From positions 267,654,001-267,718,000 of the forward strand of contig OZ024740.1 in assembly GCA_964016885.1 (NCBI GenBank): DNA of 64,000 bases, given 5' to 3'. Below the pieces are notes generated by a model that was not told the DNA's origin, made no database searches, and worked only from the letters and a program-made list of their open reading frames with translations. Below are positions 1 through 13,665 of the stretch, piece after piece. The DNA is from Eledone cirrhosa. Its lineage: Eukaryota. Position numbers and translations under genes: made by a program. Position 1 is the stretch's first letter; each line of letters starts with the position of its first letter.

Positions 1-109
1 ATCCTAGCTATAATAGAAGACATTTGCTTAAGGTGCCACACTGTGGGACAAACCCAAACCTGTGCAGCCAAGTCAACACACAGACACTCACACACACAGG
101 CACGCACAG

Positions 110-144
<35 letters not shown>

Positions 145-559
145 CATACACATACATACAGAAACAACTCTCTTCCACAAACCCATACCCCCACCACCCC
201 ACAAATATCCTGTACACACCTGCACCCTACCTTCCACTGAAACAAAAAATAAGTAAATAAATAAAACAATAAAAAAATATATTAAATAAACTACATGGCA
301 TTAGGCAATGTTCTAATGAAGTTTCCCTACCTAAAATACCTTTGCTCCCCCCACCCCCCACCCCAAGTCTTCACAGCTCATCCTAGAATCAGCAAAAATA
401 GCTCTAATCTAAAAATGGCAAGATGCTCAAGGCCCAGGTATGACTGTGATAATCCTCATAGCAGCATAAGAAGAATCACTTAGTTGGGTTTTTACAGAAA
501 CGAATGAACAAAACTTCTGTCGCATATAGGGTGGTGAACGCGAGAGGATGGGTGGGTAT

Positions 560-764
560 ATGTAGATGTCAGAGAGAATGTCTGTGTGTGTGTCAGAGAG
601 AATGTGTGCGTATTGGAGAGGGACTGTGAGAGTGTGTCTGTGTGTGTGTGTGTGTCAAAGAGAATGTGTGTGTGTTGGAGAAGGGAGTGTGAGAGTGTGT
701 CTGTGTGTGTGTTGGAGAAGGGAGTGTGAGAGTGTGTATGTGTGTGTCAGAGAGGAGAGAGAGA

Positions 765-842
<78 letters not shown>

Positions 843-1360
843 AAGTGTGTAAGAGAGGGAGAAAGTGTGAAAGAGAGAGAGAGAGAAAGTGTGTAAGAGT
901 GAGAATATGAGTGTGTATTGGAGAGGGAGTGTGAAAGAGAGAGAGAGAGAGAGGGGGAGGGAGTGTGTGTGTTGTGATAAAGAGAGAAAAAGTGTGAGTA
1001 AGTGAGTGAGAAAATGATAGAGATAGGGAGTCTGTCAGAGAGTGTGTGTGAGAGAGAGAAAAACTTGGTATAAAGATAGAGAAAACGTTTGTGTATGTGT
1101 GTGTGTATGTTTGTATGTGTGTGTGTGTTTGTATGTGTGTGTATGTGTGTGTGTGTTTGTATGTGTGTGTATGTGTGTGTGTGTGTTTGTATGTGTGTGT
1201 ATGTTTGTATGTGTGTGTGTGTGTGTTTGTATGTGTGTGTATGTTTGTATGTGTGTGTATGTTTGTATGTGTGTGTGTCAATATATCAATGTTTAAGAAT
1301 GAAGGAATGTGTGATTCCATATGTGTGTGTGTGTGTATGTATGCAAGTATGTGAGTGTAT

Positions 1361-1398
<38 letters not shown>

Positions 1399-1400
1399 TG
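560..1400 (+). repeat. Compound (GT)n/(GA)n low-complexity tract
   Basis: Visible directly in the sequence. Confidence 0.95.
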
Positions 1401-1959
1401 GACTGAGATTAAATATGAGCACTAACAGTGATGGGAAGCAGTATGCTGGGTGGGCAGCTAAGGTAGAGAGCAGAAATAAAGGTAGACACACAGAAAATGT
1501 GTATTAGCACATATCTGAGTGTGTTTGTGAAATCTTCTGAGTGTCTGTCTGTGTGTATACGTGTGTATGTGTGTGTGTGTGTGTACGTGTGTGTGTTTAT
1601 GAGTATCAGTATCTTGTTACATACGAAAAATATATAGGAGAAAGAAAGAGGGTATGTATATATGTGAATGTGTGCATGAGAATGCTAGAAAGGGGGAGGG
1701 AGAGGGAGAGAAAGAGAGGGAGGGGAGTGTAGAGGTGATGAGTTTATTAATATAGAATGAAACATGTTCACTTCTGTGAGTGTTTATGTGTGTGTGAAAA
1801 GTGATATAATTACCTGGGTATGTGTATCAGTGTGGAAGTTATATATATATATATATACATACACACATATATATAAAAACATACATACACACACACACAC
1901 ATATACACATACATACACACACATATACACATACATACACACACATATAAAGATCTATA

Positions 1960-2215
1960 ATGAAAATATTTTCAATGCTGAGGAACAGCTGGATTTAATA
2001 ACATTTTCAGCTGATATAGGGATGGAATCTAGCCAAAAGAAATGTTCATATTTGATCGTTGAACACAGAAAAACTATTTCCCCAGCCCCAAACTTTTGTA
2101 TCAATGACCTCCTCATCTTGCCTGTTCTACACGACGATGCAACAAATACCTAAGTATTGATGAAAACGTATCATACACAGATACAATGATTAAAGCTAGT
2201 GTCCAAAAATGTTAT
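1960..2215 (+). pseudogene. Possible R4/Dong-type RT remnant
   Basis: FSADIGME..KKCSYL followed by frameshifted KYLSIDEN resembles the FSxDIGMxFGxxKC...YKYLG segment of RLE-type LINE RTs. It directly follows a microsatellite. Confidence 0.5.
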
Positions 2216-3856
2216 GATACTCTCAGGAGAGCTGAACAACAGTAGATCTTCAGAGAAGAAATCCCTTTCAAGTATGTGTTTTGGCTCTTAACTTCTGAAA
2301 CAGAGGATGCCATGAACAAAGATAAAGTAGCCAAAAGTGGTAAGAAACTCTCAGGAGAGCTGGACACCAGAAGAACTTCAGAGAAGAAACTCCAAATATT
2401 TCAGCCTTTAACTTCTGAAACAAAGATAGAGGAACAAAAAATATTTTACACGAAAAATAATTATGGCAGCTGGAACTTTCTTCTTATAAGACAATATCTT
2501 ACAAGGCATTTATAGTCCCGGTATTGACAGAAACAGTTGAGATATTTCACTGGTCTGTAGAGGAAATCTGCTCTATAGATATGTAAACGTGCAAGATCTT
2601 GGCATAATATGAACATTTCCTCAGAAGCAGTGAATTTTGACAACCTCTGTTTCAGAAAAAAAAAGATGCCCATATTTGAAATACATAGTTTCAATTAATT
2701 TTGAAAATAAATATTTGGAGGAATTTAATGAAATTAAGTTTTTCATTAGCAATCTGATATTTCTAAAATATAATTATGATGAAAGGATAAACATTTTTAA
2801 ATGAGCAGTTTTGTATAATAAATGAAGCCCAGTTTCAAGCAGTTTGTTATTAAAAGGTAAAGGGTAAAATCCTTCTTTGTCATGAATGCATCTAAAAAGA
2901 TTTACGGGTACAATTCTGAGTAAGGTTGTTTGTGGAAGACCAGCTGTCACCCATGCATACTAGTCTCCCCTCTCCATGCTACCAAGAGAAAGGCAATGGC
3001 CAATACAGCTTGGCAGTAGTGATGACAACACATTTCTACAGCTGAGTAAATTGGGGCAATGTAAAATAAAGTGTCTTGCTTAAGGACTCAATGCATTACA
3101 TGGTCTAAGAATCGAAGACTACCTCCTGGTTGCAAGCCTAATGCTTTAACCACTAAGCCATATGCATTCACAAAAGGGTTAAAGTCAATCTAAATAGGTT
3201 TGGATAGAGTATCATATGACTCAACAGCATCTATTAAACAATGGCAGTAAAAACATACATCAACCAAATTGCTCAAAAGTGAAAAGAGCATTTTACACAT
3301 TGGGATTGAACTCTTCAGTCCTTGATAATCACCAATGTAACATGCAGGTCTGCTTGACTAACATACATCTGCAATGATGTGAAGGAGTATCATTCTACAT
3401 ACCAACAAATGTTTATGCATAGTTATTTTCATCATCACCGTTTAATGTCCATTTTCCACACTAGCATGTATTAGATGGATTGTCCTGCTGTGAGACAAGT
3501 CAGATCAGATGACCATGTTTTTCTTATAAACTTACAAACGATGCTAACATTTGACTAGAAAGGTAACCTCTATTATGTCTCATAACTATTTCACCACATT
3601 GTCCATTGAAGGTTATGCTTTTGCAATTTAAGAGGAGACAGCTAGAAAATATCCATTGAATAAAACAGATAATAAAACATTCAAACCACCAAGATGTGAC
3701 CAAAAATATTGATTATATTGCATTTCTGTGAAAAATATTACATGTGATCAGTAGCTGCTCTAAAATATGCTTTCATGCCATTTCTAAAACAATATATGCT
3801 ATCTATCAGAAAGTAAACTTTAGGATAAACATAGAAAACATCCTCATTATTACACA

Positions 3857-4053
3857 TGAGAGTCAGTTGAAAAGTTCATAGACTGACTATGATGGAGTAA
3901 TGCTAGAGCTGTGAAATCTTGCATGCATTAATTTCAACTCTTCTTAATAACTGCATTGTTTCTTTCCAGGGACTATGTTGAAAAATAAATCCCATTTGGT
4001 TATTCCATGAGAGTATCATAGTCAGCCTATGAGCCTTTCAGCTAACCCTTGTA
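3857..4053. mobile_element. Mariner-type MITE
   Basis: Imperfect terminal inverted repeats (TIRs) gagagtcagttgaaaagttcatagactgac / gtcagcctatgagcctttcagctaaccctt; an inverted copy lies at 42884-43082. Confidence 0.8.
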
Positions 4054-5552
4054 CATCCATATCAACACGAAATATTGATGAAATATTCATATAAAAACTT
4101 GCATGAAGTGTAAACATAACAGACCTAATATAGTTGTTTAGGACAGAAAAAAAAATGATATACCATTACAAAGGTTGACTGTCCTGCAGATGTGAACATA
4201 ACTCCTAAAGTCAGTAAGAAAAGAAGTATTTGGGGCCAACTATTTCAGAATCTACAGCTTTTTATCCAGATTATAAATTAACATTTATATACATGACAAC
4301 CTCTCCTGTGCACTTGGTGGAACATGAGATTGTACATAAGTGAGACACAGATGCCAGGCCTGTCTGGGAGATCAGTGGCTCCATTTCAGTACTGACTTGG
4401 TCTATGTAGATCCGTCCAACCCTTGCTAGCAGGGAAAGCAGACATTAAAATGAAGAAAAGGATGATGATGATAATACTATTTCTCTCTTTTTCACATGCA
4501 TGTACACTCATAAATTTTTGTAGAACAATTTGTCTTTTGAAGAAATGCTGATCTGAAAACAAAAAATCCATAGAGGGCAGTAAGTCAATGACAATATAAA
4601 ATCTTTTTTAAATTCTCATCAGCAGCAATATTGACTCGGTCAGACTCAAGCAGACAACATATTCGATTCTGTAGAACTGCAGACTATATTAAGATAATAA
4701 ACAACTGTAAGTCTCCAAATGGCATTGGAATAAATATTTTCTACAGGAAATTCTTCGCCACAAGTCGCTTAAAGTATATTTCTACATAAATCAATTATTA
4801 AGCCATAATTTATATATCCATAACAAATAATATTCACTCAGATTTATTTCTGATAAGTAAGTACCTATCAGTCATAATTTGGGGAGAATTGTAACTGATA
4901 GAGTAGACATTGGCTTTAGCATAGAATACCTGAAAATGTTTAGCCAGACTGTAATCCAGGTCTTGTGAAATTTAATACAATTTTCAAAAGAGAAGTTTCT
5001 ATGCAAGAAGCCAACAAGCCTCTAAGCAATTGCTTGAATTTCTCAAAATAACTGACAAATATCCCTTCAATCACTCTTAATATCTTTCAAAAATGAGAAA
5101 GACTCTTTAAATAATGTACTCCTAGATACTCTAAGAGTTGTTGAATTGGCAGTTATTAGATAATCTTACCATATTTATTCGAAGTTCAACTTTGCCAGTC
5201 ATCCTTTTGGGAATTGATAAATAAAATACCAGCCAAATAGTGAAGATTAATTCATCTCTCTCAATTCTTAAAAACGTATACCACATAAGCCATTTAAAGA
5301 TGGCCTTATGTATAGTATACCACAGAGCAGAAACAAGAAAAAGAAAAATATATTCACAAAAAGACAGTATGGTCACAAATAGTATGCTTTTGATCATATA
5401 TTACAGCACCTCCAGATATATCATAACCACCCCACTCAACTTGCAGTATAATATTTCCTTTTTATTTCAGCATTTGTGCATATATATATATATACACTGT
5501 CAGGTCATCAGTGACTAAACCAAAAGATTTAGATATATACTGTATATATTCA

Positions 5553-5885
5553 GGAGACACATGGCTTAGTGGTTAGAGCATTGGCCTTGCAATTGAAAGC
5601 TTGTGAGTTCAATTCTCAGCCTGGGTGATGTGTTGTTTCCTTGAGCAAGACACTTTATTTCACATTGCTCCAGTTTACTCAGCTGTAGAAATGAGATGAT
5701 AGGGTTTGGGGTCCATATCATTCCACTGCAAAGTGGTCTCGGAGGTGCCACGGCAAAAAAGCAGCCAGCACTCACTGTAAATGAGGTTGGTGTTAGGAAG
5801 GGCATCCAGCTGTAGAAACCAAGCCAGAATCAGTTCCCGTCCCACCCTTGCAAGCAGGGAAAAGCGGACGTAAAATGATGATGAT
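5553..5885 (+). mobile_element. tRNA-derived SINE family A with RTE-type tail
   Basis: A box tggcttagtgg, B box gagttcaattc, central ccttgagcaagacactt, tail gttaggaagggcatccagc...(atg)n; a very similar copy lies at 24287-24625. Confidence 0.9.
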
Positions 5886-6832
5886 ATTCAAATATAACCC
5901 AATATGAATATGGGCTGACCACACTATTTTATGTTTGAGAAATGGGCAAAAATCTAAACCTTATTTATATAGAATGTGATGTTGACCTCTAATATAAGCC
6001 AAACCCCTTCAACCATCTATTTTTTGGTCACATATTCCTCGACTTATATTTGAGTATATATGGTAAGTATTAAAATACATCTTGATATTTAGAAGAGATT
6101 ATTTGGTTGATTTTGCTGTGAGGGGTGAAAGTTTCTAAAGTTTTGAGCACATAACCTTCTTCTGGGAAATAGATAAAGAATATATAAGAATAATATTTCT
6201 TTGGTTGCAAAATTGCAAATTCTTCATAGCAAATAGATTCACTGAACTTTTCTGTGAACATTCCTACGGATTAATTTTTTGCTGATGAAAACCACAACCA
6301 GTTCCTTCAGATTCTGGATTTAACCGTATTAATGCATTTATTTTGTGTTATGTTTAAAACAAGCAGGTAAGGTTCAATGAGATAAATTTGAGATTAAGAA
6401 GAGCTGGGTTAATATAAATGACATCTAAGGCAGTGGGACAGATATATAAGTACACAAGGAAGTTCCTGCATAGCTGTTTAACTTGTTCAATGTAACAATC
6501 TATCTATCTATCTATATATATATCTATTTCTAACTTTTAAAGAACAAATTTATGAAAACCATTTACTATACATATTTGATACACAAATATGTAAAACAAT
6601 TATATTGTGTTGCTACTCCGTTCTATAGTGGTGTTAGTTAATTTAGTTTCATCTATAAGTATCGTTAAAGAATGTACCCATGTTATTCATTATAAACATT
6701 TATGTACATATGGTTATTTTTTAAAACACATCAAAGTCATAGTTAGTACTGCCTCCTACACTAGTGCATCTATGTCTTTTAACATATTTGTTTGCATTTA
6801 GAAAACTTATAGCAATACAAGGATAAGTTAAT

Positions 6833-6877
<45 letters not shown>

Positions 6878-7251
6878 CATGCATATATATATATACACAT
6901 ATATATATATACATATATATATATAAGCATATATACAGTATGCTCCACCCCACCCCACCCTCCCACTGTAAAGTGGTTGTGTAGGTGTCACAACAAAAAG
7001 CACCCAGTCCACACTGTAAAGTGGTTGGGTAGACATCACGACAAAACGCACCTAGTTCACACTGTAAATGAGGTTGGCGTTAGGAAGGGCATCCAGCTGT
7101 AGAAACCAAGCCAAAATCAGTTCTGTATAAGCAAGACATAGTCATCTGATCTAGCATTGCCCAAAACAGGACAACTCGTCTAACCCATGCTAGCATGGAA
7201 GAATGGACGTAAAATGGTGATGATGATATACATATATACACACACACACAC

Positions 7252-7328
<77 letters not shown>

Positions 7329-7749
7329 GCTATATATGTGTGTGTATATATGTATGTATTTATATGTTAATAAAATTCTTGCTGACACATAAGTCGCTGA
7401 TGAATCTTACATCCAATTGCTTTTTAACCTCCTTGAAATTACAACCCAATTTCTTTCAACAAACTATCTCCTGTCATAAAATCTGGAACTACTAACACCT
7501 GTCTTGAGATAGCAGACACAAAGTAAAGATAACATTGTCTGTGATAAAATATTGATCAAATGGTTCTTCATTTGCTAACATCTTGGTTATATTTTCTTTT
7601 GAAATTGCTAAGCAACACCAACAGGAATAATGTATTAAGGTGAGTTTAATTTCAGCCCTTCAAGAGAATAACGTATTTTCTCTATCGTATTTTCCAAAAC
7701 AAATCTTGTGCTTGTTAAATTATGCCCAAAATACGGGGATCTTATTTAT

Positions 7750-10700
7750 AACCTTACCTTCTCGCTAACTACCCAACATCCCTCCCTCCCGCCCCCACGC
7801 ACCACCATTATTACGTGGACCAATCATAAGTCAGAGGCCTATACCATCACTTACCTGGTTGCCTTTCGATATGATTGATGGACTACGGAATTCTGGAGAG
7901 TTGAAGAGAGAAAAATCTAGACGCTCAGCGACAATGCCAAAGATAAAGACAAATTCACCTCGTGGACGAGAATGCAAGGACTCCTCCTCCTCGTTTCGGC
8001 CGCGGATGGTTAACATAACCCCAACTCCGCTACCCCCCCCCCCCCGCTCCCCACCGCTCCCACCCTCCAAACGCAATCCAAAACTTCAGAGTTGGTACCA
8101 TGAATGTAGGCACCTTAAAGGGTCGCTCTAACGAGGTTGTAAAAATGCTTGAACGTAAGGAGGTCGATGTTTGTTGTATTCAAGAGACCAGGTGGAGGGG
8201 AGAGTCTGCTAGATTCATCGTGGGTAAAGAACGATGCTATAAGCTTTTCTGGGTGGGAAATGACAATGGGCTGGGTGGAGTAGGAATCATGGTAGCAGAA
8301 AAGTGGGCAGATAAGATAATAGACGTAAATAGAGTGAACGACAGAATAATTAAAATAAGACTTGTCCTCAATAGAACTACGGTGACAGTAATATCTGCGT
8401 ACGCACCCCAATCCGGACTGCCCGGCGCTATAAAAGACAGATTCTATGAGACACTGATGCTCGCTACCTCCCAAATAACCGACAGTGACTATATAATTAT
8501 TGCAGGCGACCTAAACGGTTATGCTGGACAACATTGTGATGGCTATGATGGAATCCATGGAGGCTATGGGTTTGGTACTAGAAATGAGGAAGGCTCCAGA
8601 ATCCTGGAATTCTGTGACGCAAATAACCTAACTATCTGTAACACTAACTTCAAAAAACGAGACAATCACTTGATCACCTATAGATCGGGGGATCACACAA
8701 GCCAGGTAGATTATATCCTTACCAGAATACGTGACAGAGTGTCTGTTGTTAACACTAAATCCCTCCCCCATGAAGAATGCACCTCCCAACATAGACTGAT
8801 AATTAGCGACCTCATAGTCAGGATGAGACGTACTAGACAGCAGAAGAGGACTATCCTCAGGAGAAAAATATGGAAGCTAAAGGACTCCACAGCCAGAAAT
8901 AAATTTCAAAGCATGTTACTTGATGCTTTCGACAATAAGGAAGAGCAATTAGAGTCAGATAATATAGAGGAACAGTGGGAATTCCTGAAAGCAAACCTGC
9001 TGACGGTGGCAGACGAAGTCTGTGGCTGGAACAGGCCTGTAGGTAGGAGGAGAGTAACATGGTGGTGGAACAGTAAGGTGGAGGAGTCAATTAAGGCCAA
9101 AAAGCAGGCTTGGAAAGTGTGGCGGGATGGGGGAAGTAGAGAAGACAATCAAGTGGCCAGGAGGGAAGCTAGGAGACAAGTGTACTTTGCAAGAAGGGAT
9201 GCAGAGGAAAGAAAGTTCAAGCATGTTCTACAACGTGAGGACCAAAAACGTGAGGTGTTCAGGATTGCTAGGCAATGTGTCAAGGAAAACCGTGATATTG
9301 TCGGGGAGAAGTGTGTACTTAATGATGATGGCGTACTTGCCATCACTGACGCTGATAAGAAGGTAGCTTGGAAGTGTCACTACGAAAGGCTTCTAAATGA
9401 GGAGAATAAATGGGAGAAAGACAGTCTCCCCCACATCGACCCAATAGAGAGACCGGCAGTGTTAGTCGAAGGTAGTATAATAAGTAAGGCAATCAAAGAT
9501 ATGAAGATGGGTAAGGCGGCTGGGCCTTCGGAAATAGTTGCTGAGATGCTGAAAGCCTCTGGAACGGTGGGACACACCATGGTCACCCGGATAGTAAACC
9601 AAGTCATACAGAATGGGGTTGTTCCGAAGGACTGGTGTAGCAGCATCATCATTAACTGTTACAAGGGTAAAGGAGACGCCCTAGATAGGAGTAACTATAG
9701 AGGCATTAAATTAATCGACCAGGTCATGAAGGTCACGGAAAAAGTTATAGCGCAACTAATCAGAGAGAGAATTGATCTAGATGAAATGCAGTTCAGTTTT
9801 GTGTCAGGCAAAAGTACCACAGACGCTCTTTTCATTGTACGACAACTACAGGAGAAGTACCTAGCTAAAAGTAAACCGCTATACTTAGCTTTTGTTGACT
9901 TGGAGAAAGCCTTCGACAGGGTCCCCCGTTCCATTATCTGGTGGGCTCTTAGAAAACTAGGTGTTGACGAATGGCTTGTGAGAGCTATACAAGCCATGTA
10001 TAAAGAAACAGTCAGCAAGGTTAGAATTAACAACGAATATAGTGAAGAGTTTAGTGTAAAAGTTGGTGTTCATCAGGGCTCTGTTCTTAGCCCCCTACTA
10101 TTTATTATTGCCCTTCAGGCTATAACAGTCAAGTTCAAGACCAGCTGCCCATGGGAACTCCTATATGCAGATGATCTAACGCTCATAGCTGAATCAATGG
10201 CCGAGCTAGAGAAGAAATTCCAAACATGGAAGCACGGCCTAGAATCAAAAGGCCTTAAAATTAACCTGGCTAAGACTAAAGTTCTAGTTTGTAGGAAAGA
10301 AAATAAGGCGACTGTCCCTTCTGCGAAATGGCTATGCTCAGTGTGTAGGAAAGGTGTATGTAGAAACTCCATTTTATGTCCCAAATGCAAAGTATGGGTG
10401 CATAAAAGATGTAGTGGGATCACAGGTAAGCTAACTAAGAACATAGATTTTACATGTGGCCGGTGCTCTGGTGCAATAAGTAGCAGCAAGTGCCTGCAAA
10501 ATACTAGCTCTTTCAATTGCGCAGAGGGTTCTATAGAAATAGTGGACAGCTTCCGTCACCTGGGTGACAAAATCAGCAGTGAGGGAGGGTGCTCTGAAAG
10601 TACAGTAGCTAGAGTCAGAACTGGATGGAAAAAGTTCAGAGAGCTTATACCACTATTAGCCACTAAAGGGTTCTCCCTAAAAATAAAAGGCAGGTTGTAT

Positions 10701-11489
10701 GATGCCTGCATACGAATAGCAATGTTGCATGGCAGTGAGAGCTGGGCACTGTGTGCAGAGGATATACGCAGACTAGAGAGGAACGAAGCTTGCATGCTCC
10801 GCTGGATGTGTAATAGTAACATACGTGAACGGCAAAGCATAAGCGAACTAAGGAAAAAATTAGAAATAAGAGGGATCAGATGTTGTTTACTCGACAGAAG
10901 GCTACGTTGGTATGGTCACGTGATGCGCATGAAAGACGACAGCTGTATAAGAAAGTGCAGGGCAATAAAGATAGACCTTAGCTACGGAGTAGGCAGACCC
11001 AGAAAAACCTGATAAATTCCGACCTCACACACTTACACCTCTCCAAGACAATGTCACTGGACCGAGACCTTTGGCGGTACTCAGTAATAGAGAAGACCCG
11101 CCTTACCTGAATACAAAGTAAAACCTACTACAGTCAATAGGCATCTCTAACAAAATACACCCCCGTCCCACCCATCCACACCACCCCTTTCAATGTAAAG
11201 TTATGTTGGTGCCACAACATCCAGGCCGAAACAAATGAGATCGTGTAGGTGTCACGACAAAAAACACACAGTCCACGCTGTAATGTGGCCGTGTAGGTAA
11301 CACGGTAAAAACCTCCCAGCCCCACACTGTAAATGTGGTTGGTGTTAGGAAGGGCATCCAGCTGTAGAAAACCCGCCAGACAGTCCTATGCGAGCAAGAC
11401 AATCTTGCCTCAAGTGGGAAAACCCCCGTCCAAACCCATGCAAGCGTGGAACACGGACGTTAAACGTTGATGATGATGATGATGATGAC
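7750..11489 (+). mobile_element. Near full-length RTE-clade LINE with (TGA)n tail
   Basis: APE+RT ORF, 3' UTR and tail ...cggacgttaaacgttgatgatgatgat. The 5' boundary is approximate and no target-site duplication (TSD) was found. Confidence 0.93.
8100..11012 (+). CDS. RTE polyprotein (APE endonuclease, reverse transcriptase, PHD-like finger), C-terminus truncated
   Basis: APE motifs TMNV, QETR, SAYAP, GDLN, VDY, SQH; RT motifs NYRGIKL, FVDLEKAFDRV, QGSVLSP, YADD; C-terminal RLRWYGHV and GRPRKT. Confidence 0.92.
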   Translation: MNVGTLKGRSNEVVKMLERKEVDVCCIQETRWRGESARFIVGKERCYKLFWVGNDNGLGGVGIMVAEKWADKIIDVNRVNDRIIKIRLVLNRTTVTVISAYAPQSGLPGAIKDRFYETLMLATSQITDSDYIIIAGDLNGYAGQHCDGYDGIHGGYGFGTRNEEGSRILEFCDANNLTICNTNFKKRDNHLITYRSGDHTSQVDYILTRIRDRVSVVNTKSLPHEECTSQHRLIISDLIVRMRRTRQQKRTILRRKIWKLKDSTARNKFQSMLLDAFDNKEEQLESDNIEEQWEFLKANLLTVADEVCGWNRPVGRRRVTWWWNSKVEESIKAKKQAWKVWRDGGSREDNQVARREARRQVYFARRDAEERKFKHVLQREDQKREVFRIARQCVKENRDIVGEKCVLNDDGVLAITDADKKVAWKCHYERLLNEENKWEKDSLPHIDPIERPAVLVEGSIISKAIKDMKMGKAAGPSEIVAEMLKASGTVGHTMVTRIVNQVIQNGVVPKDWCSSIIINCYKGKGDALDRSNYRGIKLIDQVMKVTEKVIAQLIRERIDLDEMQFSFVSGKSTTDALFIVRQLQEKYLAKSKPLYLAFVDLEKAFDRVPRSIIWWALRKLGVDEWLVRAIQAMYKETVSKVRINNEYSEEFSVKVGVHQGSVLSPLLFIIALQAITVKFKTSCPWELLYADDLTLIAESMAELEKKFQTWKHGLESKGLKINLAKTKVLVCRKENKATVPSAKWLCSVCRKGVCRNSILCPKCKVWVHKRCSGITGKLTKNIDFTCGRCSGAISSSKCLQNTSSFNCAEGSIEIVDSFRHLGDKISSEGGCSESTVARVRTGWKKFRELIPLLATKGFSLKIKGRLYDACIRIAMLHGSESWALCAEDIRRLERNEACMLRWMCNSNIRERQSISELRKKLEIRGIRCCLLDRRLRWYGHVMRMKDDSCIRKCRAIKIDLSYGVGRPRKT

Positions 11490-12809
11490 ACAAACACATT
11501 TCAAATTAACCATATATTGCAGATATTATACTAGTTGATTAAAACATTTCGAATACCAAAGAATTTATCAAACATATTCTTTTATTGGTGGTGAATTGGC
11601 AGAGTCATTAAGATACCAGATAGAGTGCTTTGTGGCAATCAGTCTGGCTCTTTGCTCTCCGAGTTCAAATCCCACGGAGGTTAACTTTGCCTTTCATCCT
11701 TTCAAGGTCAATAAAAATGTACAAATCTAGTACTGGAGTCTAATCTTCCTCTATAACTTTCTTTTTTCCTCTCTCTCACTTTCTATCCTTCTCTGGAAGA
11801 AATCTGCTGTAGAGTGTCTCTACCAAGAGTTATGGGACCATGCCATTCTGTTATTATTTTAGACACACACACACAAAGACAAGCCCCAACAAACAAACAC
11901 ACATATATCACAAATAAGCAAATACACATACAGGCCTTGTGTCTTTGAGCAAAGCACTTTATTTGAAGTTGCTCCACTCAACTCAACTGAAGAAGTTATG
12001 TAACAGTAGCAACAAATTAATCTTTTGACTAACTAGAGATCTGTCTTGTACTCTCAGATGCTTAACACTCCATAAAAAGGGAGATTACCTTTTGCCAGAT
12101 GAGTCTCTAGTTTCCAGATAGGCTTTAACTTTGAAATTTATAAGAGTAGTTTAAATTGATATGCAGAGGCAACCTGTCTAACCCGTGCTAGCATGGAAAA
12201 TGGACGTTCAATGATGATGACGATGATATTTATATCCAAGGAGTAAACAATTCAAGCCCATAGGGTGAATTTTAATATATTATTAAGGGAGATCAGCAAA
12301 CCATTCATCCCTGGTATGGCTTCGTTGTAATACTGGCCTTAATAATATATATATATATATGAATGCATATATACATTATGTATAAACATACACACAGATA
12401 CAAACACACACACACTCACACATATTTTAACACAAAGATGTACTATAGTAGAATTTATTGAGTAGCATTCAGAGTTGTTGCCTGACTGAGAGCTTCCTGT
12501 TACTATTCTGGTCTCTAACACTAAAATATAACAGAATGTCAGAGAGTCAAAATCTACAACACAAAGAATGGCGCCAGCTGATGTGCTTATTCAGAGAATA
12601 AATTTGGGGAGAATTCCTAAGTGTTACACTGGACCTATCTTCATTCAACTCTATTACACTCTTATCTATGTTTTCTTTAGCGGCAACTGCTGATAACCTA
12701 GAATTAACAATGAAAGGAAATGTGTGCATGTATGTGTGTGTGTGTGTGTATGGAATTATATATATATATATATGCATATGTATGTATGTATATTATAGAT
12801 ATATGTGTA

Positions 12810-12859
<50 letters not shown>

Positions 12860-12879
12860 CATATATATAATTCTTATTC

Positions 12880-13665
12880 TTCACCCACTTATTTCTGGGA
12901 GGGTCTTGGGGCCACAGCCTTTAGCCATGCTTTGCTTTCCAGTGTATCCTGTCAGAAGCAACCAGCTCCAATTGATCTGGTTGGATCCCCAAGTGAGACT
13001 AGCCAAGCTCATGGCTGTTATCCAATCATCTTGCTAGTTGCTTTTGTGCATAAAATCTGCCCAATGATCCTTTCCTGAAAAATTCTAATCACATATCTGT
13101 AATACTAGATCTGTGATCTCTCAATTCGGAGAAGTAGCCACTCTACCAGGAGTGACTTTCTGATCTTTGAGCTATGCACTCTATTGAGTAATGTTGCTCC
13201 AGAGACCTTTTGGAGTAACTCCATTTTGGTCGCTTGTATTCACAATCATAATCTTTTGGTCATTACCCAAGATTTATGACCATATGGAAAGGTTGGCATG
13301 GATACTGAATTAAAGGTAGCATGTTTGTTTGGCCTTTAAAACTACCTCCCTTCTTCCAATGACCAAATGCTGAAGCTGGCACAATACTGCATCAGCTACT
13401 GCAAATCATGCACTTAATTTTGTTTCCTGCCTTCTATCACTCATGAACATGGCCCAGAGATACTTGGAATTCTCCACTTGCTTCATTCGAACTCCACTCA
13501 CATGTGGAGTGCACTGTACAGGCTTCCTTGAGAGTATGATTGTCTCAGTGTTGGCAACACTGATTTTCATTCCTGTCCTGTAGCACTTGGCAGCAAACTT
13601 ATCAAGTGCATGTAGTACTCTGTTCTGCAAATTCCAGTTGATTGTTCCAATTCCCACCACTTCCA
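12880..13665 (-). mobile_element. Second RTE-like LINE family, degraded 3' fragment
   Basis: RT-end peptide GMKISVANTE...MKQVENSKYL; related copies at 39030-39520 and 44125-44450. Confidence 0.75.

Noticed and set aside
8-1732. C/V- and H/T-rich ORFs
   Set aside because: Dinucleotide-repeat artefacts.
5553-5630. tRNA gene
   Set aside because: A and B boxes are present, but the sequence runs into a SINE body and tail and no full cloverleaf is evident.
6090-6175. Possible HHR remnants here and at 12270-12350 and 17730-17800
   Set aside because: Core nucleotides are too degenerate to support a call.
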